Below, piece after piece: positions 57,327 to 64,000 of a stretch of DNA of 64,000 bases. The stretch spans positions 1-64,000 of IMG/VR virus record IMGVR_UViG_3300042923_000502; one strand, written 5' to 3'. The DNA is from a virus. The number at the start of each line of letters is the position of its first letter. Position 1 is the stretch's first letter. Below the pieces are notes generated by a model, which searched no databases, was not told the DNA's origin, and saw only the letters and a list, made by a program, of their open reading frames with translations. A program made the translations under genes and the position numbers.

Positions 57327-58022
57327 ATGAAAAAAGAGTCAATCAAAGAAAGCATCCGAAAGTTGCTTGTAAAAGCAGGAGATAGTGGAGCTACACTTGC
57401 GGAGAAAGATGAAGCATATCTGATGGCTCAACGTTTGATGTTGAAGCACAAGATTGATAAAGGTGAGCTAGATGAAAAGACAAGTGCTCAAAAGAGATTA
57501 GAGGAGATATATCACAAGCCAGTGACAGACTATATAACCCTTAATTTTTGGCATAGAGGATTGGCGAGAATTATTTCCAAAAACTTTAAATGCCTACACT
57601 ATATTGATTATTGGCAGGGTGCATGGAATTCCAAAGATGCCAATAAGAAAAGATTGATGATGTTTGGTATAGTAGAGGATGTAGAGATTGCCGCAGATGT
57701 TTATGAGAGTGCATTTAAAGCTATCGAAACACATTCCAAAGATTACATCAACTCTAGAGAAGATGTACCTAAACACTTGAGAACAGGAGTAAAAAATGAC
57801 TTCATTCAAGGATATCTTGACGGACTCGCTGCTAAATTTGAAGATCAAGTTGCCAAGTATCAATTGGTTATTGCGGTGAATGCATTGGTAAAGAAGGAAC
57901 ATGATGACATGGGATTTGGGAAAGCAAGGGCAGCAACAAGATCAAGCGCTCATGATGCTCATGCTACAACTAGCGGATACATTAAAGGAAGAAGCTTTGC
58001 AAGTGGAGAATTAATCAAGTAG
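57327..58022 (+). CDS. DUF2786-type protein
   Basis: IRKLL.KA...E..EA..MAQRLMLKHKI N-terminus; DF..GY..GL. Confidence 0.75.
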   Translation: MKKESIKESIRKLLVKAGDSGATLAEKDEAYLMAQRLMLKHKIDKGELDEKTSAQKRLEEIYHKPVTDYITLNFWHRGLARIISKNFKCLHYIDYWQGAWNSKDANKKRLMMFGIVEDVEIAADVYESAFKAIETHSKDYINSREDVPKHLRTGVKNDFIQGYLDGLAAKFEDQVAKYQLVIAVNALVKKEHDDMGFGKARAATRSSAHDAHATTSGYIKGRSFASGELIK

Positions 58023-58149
58023 TTCTCCACTCTACTTTACTAAAGGAAGTGATAACATGAAATTTGTAGGTGGAGCTATTGTAGTCATTGCATTTGTTTT
58101 GTTGGCGATTATCACAAAATAGACATAAACAAAAGGGTGTGTAAAAGCA

Positions 58150-58359
58150 ATGGTAAGGCTAAATGTGCCAAAAGATGAATCTTTAGAAGTTGTTCTTAGG
58201 AAATTTGAAAAGTCGAAAAAGGGACAGCATGATTACATGGAGTTGTTTGTAGTGTTTTTTCGTTGCATTAGACCTGACAATGGCTTGACTTGGGAGAGAA
58301 TCGAAGAGATTATTGTAAAAGTTCTGAGTGAAAGAGAGGTCAAGTCCGATGATAACTAA
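58150..58359 (+). CDS. Hypothetical protein
   Basis: 69-aa ORF. Confidence 0.6.
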   Translation: MVRLNVPKDESLEVVLRKFEKSKKGQHDYMELFVVFFRCIRPDNGLTWERIEEIIVKVLSEREVKSDDN

Positions 58360-58903
58360 GGTTGTAGCAGCATATGGCAGAATGTTGACTCTTACATGTG
58401 ACAATAATTGTGAAAAAGCTTTTGGAATACGAGAAAGACCATATATTCAGTTAGATGGCAATGTTGACAATATCGCTTGGTTATCTGATGATGAAGTTGG
58501 AATTGCTCCGATTGATCCAGGCACAGATGAAGGTGGTCATAGGAAGCCAACATGTGAAAAAGAAAAGTTGAATAAATGGTGCTTTCGTCAGTGTGAAAGA
58601 TGCAGTGAATTCAATCAAGGCGAAGAAGTTATTGTTAAAAGTTTCGACAAAAGAGTTTACAACATTGACAACAATGTAAATAAGATCATGTCCCTATTGG
58701 AAACCTACGACAAAATATTTATTGGAGAATCAGATAACAGGGACGAAGAATTGAAAAAGGAATCAGAACGTATTACTCCTGAATTCAAGTCTTTGATTGA
58801 AAACATGACTCTTGATGAATTAAAAGCACTTCTTCAAAGCGATTTAAAGACAACATATTTCAAGTTTCGCATATTTTGTCAGGCAAAGGAATTAGGTCTT
58901 TAA
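58349..58903 (+). CDS. Cys-containing hypothetical protein
   Basis: CDNNCEKAFG, APIDPGT.EGGH.KP, NKWCFRQCERC. Confidence 0.75.
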   Translation: MITKVVAAYGRMLTLTCDNNCEKAFGIRERPYIQLDGNVDNIAWLSDDEVGIAPIDPGTDEGGHRKPTCEKEKLNKWCFRQCERCSEFNQGEEVIVKSFDKRVYNIDNNVNKIMSLLETYDKIFIGESDNRDEELKKESERITPEFKSLIENMTLDELKALLQSDLKTTYFKFRIFCQAKELGL

Positions 58904-58924
58904 TAATTTAAAGGAGAGAATGAA

Positions 58925-59251
58925 ATGCTAAAAGATCAATGGACTATTGAACGTTGTGGAACATATGCCGACAAAAATACATTGTGGCATTTTACTTCAA
59001 AGGAAAATGAATCAGTTTCTCTTTTTCTTAGGGCTATTGATGAAGACGAAGCATGGATTAAACTGGGCAAGATAGTTGGTCAGGAGAATGAAGACGTTGA
59101 TACAGAGGTTTTTGAGGGCAAGATAATCCTAAGAGATATATACGATTTGGTTTTCGTAGATAACTACGAAAATGGTCAGCAAACTTTACACAAACACCTT
59201 ATTGAACAAGGGAATCAAACGGTTGAGGTTTCAGTGAGAATTAAGCCATAG
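58925..59251 (+). CDS. Hypothetical protein (paralog of 52867-53193)
   Basis: See paralog. Confidence 0.8.
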   Translation: MLKDQWTIERCGTYADKNTLWHFTSKENESVSLFLRAIDEDEAWIKLGKIVGQENEDVDTEVFEGKIILRDIYDLVFVDNYENGQQTLHKHLIEQGNQTVEVSVRIKP

Positions 59252-59272
59252 ATAAAAGCTTACTTTTATCTA
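59249..59272. repeat. TAGATAAAA-N6-TTTTATCTA palindrome, copy 3
   Basis: tagataaaagcttacttttatcta; supplies the TAG stop. Confidence 0.75.
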
Positions 59273-59289
59273 CAAGGAGATGGTGAATA

Positions 59290-59733
59290 ATGGGCAGAGT
59301 GTGGAGAGCGAAGGGTGGCAGGAAGTTAAGAAAATATTCAAAACCGGAAGAAAGAATAATAAAGCAAATTAAAAACACTAGACCTAATATTTGTTATTTT
59401 TGTGATAAGCTGATTGAAGAAGATGAAGACTTGACTATTGATCATCTTCATCCTTATGATGGCACTAACACGACAGAGGAAAACTGTGTAATCTCTTGTA
59501 AGTCATGTAATAATGAAAAAGGTGCAATGAATGAAGAAGAATATATTTTATTCAAATCTTACAAATCAAACATGTCAAGGAAAACGACTGGATTTATTTT
59601 AGCAGAGCAAGAAAGGGTAGTTAATGAACTAAAAAAACGAAACAGAAAGAACAATCTTGCATTGGATGAAGACAATATGCTATTGATGTATAAGGCAAAA
59701 GCAATTAACATACTATTAAAGGAGAGACAATAA
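59290..59733 (+). CDS. HNH endonuclease
   Basis: CYFC, TIDHLHP, NCVISCKSCNNEKG. Confidence 0.88.
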   Translation: MGRVWRAKGGRKLRKYSKPEERIIKQIKNTRPNICYFCDKLIEEDEDLTIDHLHPYDGTNTTEENCVISCKSCNNEKGAMNEEEYILFKSYKSNMSRKTTGFILAEQERVVNELKKRNRKNNLALDEDNMLLMYKAKAINILLKERQ

Positions 59734-59734
59734 T

Positions 59735-59995
59735 ATGCATTCATTTCACGGTAAAACGGCTAATTTTCACTTTGATGGAGATATGGGCGGCGATCTGATT
59801 ATTATGCCAAAGAAGGAAAATGGAAATCCTTTACTAGATAAAGATGGAGAGTTGGTAGAGGTTAGAATTGATGCAGAAGATATATTGAAGCTTGTTGCTT
59901 ATCATTATGTGTTGCCGGAAGCTATTGGCAATCTTGAAAACATGGATCATCTGAAACTCCTGAATATACTTAGAACAAATCCGATTGACAAATAA
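59735..59995 (+). CDS. Hypothetical protein
   Basis: AAGGAG RBS. Confidence 0.75.
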   Translation: MHSFHGKTANFHFDGDMGGDLIIMPKKENGNPLLDKDGELVEVRIDAEDILKLVAYHYVLPEAIGNLENMDHLKLLNILRTNPIDK

Positions 59996-60043
59996 TTCTA
60001 ACCCGATGTAATATAAAATAAAATTCAATAAGGCGGTGTACCA

Positions 60044-60343
60044 ATGGATAGAAGAGTTATCGTGTTAACTCCTAGTGAGTGGGAAGATCGCAAGCCATTG
60101 TCCAAATGCTTATCAGATGCCTATCAGGAATTGCACTATGCTAAAACCTTTGATGCCGTTATAGATGCAAAACTAATTGACTTGTGCCGCGAAGACAAGT
60201 CAAAGGAAGATTTAGAATTGATTGTAGATGAAATAAAGGAAATGAGAAAAGGCATGATGAAGCATATTCATGCATCTCAAGCAATTGTTGGTTCGGTTTC
60301 TACCGTGATTGACTATAAGGAAAGACAAGGAACAGTCTCCTAA
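60044..60343 (+). CDS. Hypothetical protein
   Basis: 99-aa ORF followed by a terminator. Confidence 0.7.
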   Translation: MDRRVIVLTPSEWEDRKPLSKCLSDAYQELHYAKTFDAVIDAKLIDLCREDKSKEDLELIVDEIKEMRKGMMKHIHASQAIVGSVSTVIDYKERQGTVS

Positions 60344-60361
60344 GACTGTTCCCTTTTTTTG
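60327..60361 (+). terminator. Intrinsic terminator
   Basis: GGAACAGTCT-ccta-AGACTGTTCC + T-run. Confidence 0.8.
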
Positions 60362-60686
60362 TTGATAGCCAATCAAAAACGGACAAGCAAAAAATAAAAT
60401 CATAAATGTTTCTAAAACGTGGATAGTCTAAACATCGTATCTGACAAGTATTCTCGGTTCAATAAAATGTCCTTTTTATCAAAAAATGCAGAATTGACCC
60501 AACTAATTCCACATTTTAGGTAAAAAATGTTGACTTGAGGATAAATGCAATATATAATGAAAACACGGAAACAAATTAGTTGTGCGCAATTTATTTATGA
60601 ATCGGCTTAATAAAATTTGATTAAAGTTGGCATGTTTTGGGTAAGATAATCATAGTAGTAAGTGTGCGGGATAAATAAAAGAATAA

Positions 60687-61502
60687 ATGGAAAGAAGGGA
60701 CAAGCAAATGAAAAGTTTAAAAGAATTGTATGCGGTATTAAATGAAAACTTAGCAATGTACAAGCACAACAAAGTCGTGCTGGAAGATGTTAAAGTGCTG
60801 ATGCAAGAATACGGTATCTTTAGAGGTGAAACACAAAAGATTTTTACTAACAAAGTAACATTAGAATCGCTAGACAGAAGAGTTTTAATATTGCTTGTTG
60901 ACTCTTTACATCGTTCCACAAGAGAATATGGCTTAAATCCTTACGGATACTTTACTGACAAGGAAGTAAAGGATGCTAAAACTCAAGAAATAATCATTAA
61001 TAATGAAGCAAATCATTTCCCCGTGAAAATACATAATGTAATCAAAAAGGAAGAGAATAAATTTGTTGCATTTATTAATGCGAAAGAGTTAGTGAGACTT
61101 TACAATTTAAACCTATTAGGCTATAATTACAATATAACCAAGCAATATAAAATGGTTTTAAAGAATGGCACTTTTGTAAAAACGGTTGACATCAACTCAA
61201 AAGATGTTAAAGACATTGCGCAGAAGATTTTAAGAAATGTATATGATATGAAACCAATTGTTCTGAATGTAGTATTAGGAAGCGGAAAAGGCAAGGAGTT
61301 AACATTTGAAAGCAACGAACTGACGATTCACAAAAGTAATATAGAAATAATTAGCGGTCTTCATGATGTTAGCGCTCTTGCTAACATATTGGAAGAGGAT
61401 AGCGACTTGGAGATTAAAGTAGAGCTTGAAATTCTCCATTACAATGAATCTGATGCATTGGATTACTATAACAAATTAAGCTTAAAGGGTGGTGTAAACT
61501 AA
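60687..61502 (+). CDS. YopQ-like (DndB/ParB-related) protein, degenerate motif
   Basis: LNPYGYFTDKEV, YNYNI, INSKDVKDIAQKI, IISGLHD (vs IxDGxHR); overlaps the start of the MrpR-like gene. Confidence 0.55.
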   Translation: MERRDKQMKSLKELYAVLNENLAMYKHNKVVLEDVKVLMQEYGIFRGETQKIFTNKVTLESLDRRVLILLVDSLHRSTREYGLNPYGYFTDKEVKDAKTQEIIINNEANHFPVKIHNVIKKEENKFVAFINAKELVRLYNLNLLGYNYNITKQYKMVLKNGTFVKTVDINSKDVKDIAQKILRNVYDMKPIVLNVVLGSGKGKELTFESNELTIHKSNIEIISGLHDVSALANILEEDSDLEIKVELEILHYNESDALDYYNKLSLKGGVN

Positions 61503-62479
61503 TGGAAAGTTCAAAACTCTACAATCCAATTGTCAAGGAAGAGTTCTTGTCTCAGGATCATTTCTCAATTGAGACAAGAGATATTTATCGTAGAATATTT
61601 GTTAATAGCAAAGACAGCGAAACAATGTTAGGCAAAGACCTCTATGACTTTACCAGAGAAGAAATTGAAGAAGTTTTGCACAGCCTAAATCCGTTGACAC
61701 CAGCCATTTCTGCTTCTAATGGAAGAATTGTTTCTTCTTATATTAATTGGTGGATTACTTCAAATAATCTCAACAAAATCAATCCGTTGAATTCCGTAGG
61801 TGCAAATTGGTTTAACAAGTTTGTGGACAAGACAAAGAAAATCTACTTCTCTTACAAGGAAATTAAGGAAATCATGGACTTGAGTGAAAATGCACAAGAT
61901 GCCGTTATAGTTGGCATGTATTTTGAGAATATCTCTGGCAAGGATGGAAGCGAAATCAGAAACTTGCAAATTGGTGATATTGACCAAGAAAAGAATCTTG
62001 TTATTTTGCGCGAAGATGGGTCAAGCCCAAGAGTGCAAGAAATCAGTGAATCTTTGAAAAAATTAATGATAAGTGCTTACAAGCAGAACACATATATAAA
62101 GAAAAACGGAGAAATGATTGAGGTTGACAATATTAGAAACTATACTGATCTTGTGCGCAATCAATATATTGTTAGAAACTCTATAACAAGAACGGACTCA
62201 GATAATTCGGCGGTTCATTCATCATTAATTTACCGTAGATTGAAGATACTTAGTGAATCTTTCGGCTATCCATATTTGACGGGCAAAAACATAACAAGAT
62301 CAGCAATGATCTATTATGCTTATCAATTGTTGCAAAAAGAACACGTGCTTGGAAAGGAACAATATGAGAAGATTGCCAACAAATTTGGTTTGAAAAATTG
62401 GTACACCTTAAAAGACTTTTGCAACCTTGAGACAATTAATAAGTTATACAATGAAACCGCCGCAACATATAGTGCGTAA
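61502..62479 (+). CDS. mrpR: SPbeta MrpR (YopR)-like repressor with a recombinase-like fold
   Basis: LYNPIVKEEFL, E..LGKDLYDF..EEI, NAQDAVI...FE.I.G...SEI.NL, KNITRSAMIY; 325 aa. Confidence 0.75.
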   Translation: MESSKLYNPIVKEEFLSQDHFSIETRDIYRRIFVNSKDSETMLGKDLYDFTREEIEEVLHSLNPLTPAISASNGRIVSSYINWWITSNNLNKINPLNSVGANWFNKFVDKTKKIYFSYKEIKEIMDLSENAQDAVIVGMYFENISGKDGSEIRNLQIGDIDQEKNLVILREDGSSPRVQEISESLKKLMISAYKQNTYIKKNGEMIEVDNIRNYTDLVRNQYIVRNSITRTDSDNSAVHSSLIYRRLKILSESFGYPYLTGKNITRSAMIYYAYQLLQKEHVLGKEQYEKIANKFGLKNWYTLKDFCNLETINKLYNETAATYSA

Positions 62480-62487
62480 AGAAACAA

Positions 62488-62552
62488 AATAGAAACAGAA
62501 GCAAAGAAGGAGTTTTAATTAACAAATTCCTTTTTTGTTTCTGTTTCTATTC
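62488..62552. terminator. Long hairpin after the MrpR-like gene
   Basis: AATAGAAACAGAAGCAAAGAAGGA / TCCTTTTTTGTTTCTGTTTCTATT. Confidence 0.65.
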
Positions 62553-62845
62553 TCACAAAAGGGGATGATATAAATAGATGAATTCAGAAAAGTATAATTA
62601 TGGTAGTATAATATCTGAATGTAAGAAAAAGGAATTTTTCACATGTGACAATCTTATACATAAACGCGCAAAAAAATACCCGAATTTACTATTTTTGTCG
62701 GGATAAGCCTTGACAAACTATGGGTATTTACCTATACTAAGATGGTAAAGATGTTTACCCATTATTAACCACATAAATTGTTTTTGAAACAAAGATATTA
62801 AAATTTTTATGATTTATATCTTGTTATATAATAGGGAGGAATAAT

Positions 62846-63262
62846 ATGTATAGAAAAAAATATCAAGTTGCTCCATCTTTGCTTGAGGAATTTGATTTGA
62901 CAAAAGCTCAAGTCCCTTTGCTTTCTTTCCTTATCGAATCCCCTCAAGACCTAAATCTATTCCGAACAAAATTTTGGAATGGTCAACGTAACTCACAAAC
63001 CTCTGCCATATCGGATTTTCGTTTGTGGAAGATACAAAATAAAATAAAAAAACGACTATCTTTCACAAGATTCGAACGTTTGTTCGGGTGTGATGCTCAG
63101 TATGCACTTGAGAAGCTAACTCAAAGACCTGTAGGAGCAATTACCACAAATGCAATACTAAACGATATAAAGGAATCAAAATACCAATTGCATACAATAT
63201 TCGACATTTGTATGGACAATCCGCAATTGAGCATTAATAGAGTGCGTGTAGACGCACAATAA
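62846..63262 (+). CDS. Hypothetical protein
   Basis: GGGAGG RBS. Confidence 0.75.
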   Translation: MYRKKYQVAPSLLEEFDLTKAQVPLLSFLIESPQDLNLFRTKFWNGQRNSQTSAISDFRLWKIQNKIKKRLSFTRFERLFGCDAQYALEKLTQRPVGAITTNAILNDIKESKYQLHTIFDICMDNPQLSINRVRVDAQ

Positions 63263-63423
63263 ATAAAATCATTAATCATCTTAGGGGGTTCGGGTTTACT
63301 TATATCGTAGAGTAGACCCGATGCGGAAATTTTTTCAAAAAATGTATTGACAACACGGATATCGGGATGATATCTTTTAATTGTAAACAAACGCAAGATA
63401 AAATGAAAAGGAGTAACACATAA

Positions 63424-63633
63424 ATGACACAATACACAGAAGTATATGTAGAATGCAAAAAAGAATTGTTGGGAAGAAACGATGTCGTTCTGTTTGCGAA
63501 AGGCGAAAAGTACTTGGCTAGAGTATGGACGAATAGCGCTGTTGTAAAAGATGCAACCGGATGCTTTCGCTCTCTGTATGAATTGAAAAGCGACAAGTTT
63601 TACAAGGAGTATTTTGAACAAATACAAATGTAA
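63424..63633 (+). CDS. Hypothetical protein
   Basis: Promoter TTGACA..TATCTT and AAGGAG RBS. Confidence 0.7.
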   Translation: MTQYTEVYVECKKELLGRNDVVLFAKGEKYLARVWTNSAVVKDATGCFRSLYELKSDKFYKEYFEQIQM

Positions 63634-63656
63634 GATAAAACAAAGGAGTGATAAAA

Positions 63657-64000
63657 ATGGGACTTACCTTAAATGAAAATGGTCTTATTATTGGTGTCGA
63701 TGTAGCAAAAAAAGTAGAAGAAAGAAAAGCTGGAGTCACTTCTTATCGTATGCACGTTGTCAATAAAATGAGTGGAGAAGGAGATTTTCAGAAATTAAAT
63801 CGTATTTTGCTTGAAGCAAATGATAGTCCGCTTAGAGTTAATGATGACTACTTTCTGGAAAATGGAATGACTATCATTGGGTGTGGTCACTTTGGAAGAG
63901 TGTTCGAATATATTGGAAGTGATGGATACGCATATGCAGTAAAAGTTGCAAGATATGATAGTCAATCATACTTAGAACATGATGGACAAATTTTGCACAA
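63657..64000 (+). CDS. Ser/Thr protein kinase-like protein, 5' part (runs off the window)
   Basis: AAGGAGTG RBS; Gly-rich loop IGCGHFGRVF followed by YAVKV and a helix-C-like Glu (LEHD). Confidence 0.75.
   Translation, partial: MGLTLNENGLIIGVDVAKKVEERKAGVTSYRMHVVNKMSGEGDFQKLNRILLEANDSPLRVNDDYFLENGMTIIGCGHFGRVFEYIGSDGYAYAVKVARYDSQSYLEHDGQILH

Overview
This window is a segment of a large, AT-rich temperate phage (or phage-plasmid/prophage) of a Bacillus-type host, related in gene content to SPbeta-like phages. The left arm (1-25.5 kb, minus strand) carries head morphogenesis genes (protease/scaffold, portal, large and small terminase), a metallophosphoesterase, about 24 tRNA or tRNA-like genes in two clusters, class III RNR (nrdD/nrdG), a double beta-helix protein, PhoH, HU and RecD2. 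These genes are driven by a family of sigma-A-type promoters that share an AGATAAAA spacer motif. The centre (25.7-32.5 kb) has a tubR/tubZ-like partition pair, a tyrosine recombinase, a long inverted repeat beside a Rep-like protein, and an RsfA-like regulator. A ~3.5 kb non-coding region (32.6-36.1 kb) holds a DnaA box, six cre-like boxes, a promoter and an rrn-type boxA. It leads into a ~12 kb array of small genes punctuated by 22 structure-conserved but sequence-divergent hairpins. The right end has a PcrA/UvrD helicase, HNH proteins, a DUF262 protein, YopQ/MrpR-like regulators and a truncated Ser/Thr kinase. The best candidates for undescribed biology are: (i) the boxA plus 22-hairpin gene array; (ii) a coiled-coil gene followed by a ~366-nt closed RNA with 7-nt periodic repeats; (iii) several architecturally remodelled tRNAs and other structured RNAs in the tRNA clusters. 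All family calls are by eye from motifs; no database search was run.
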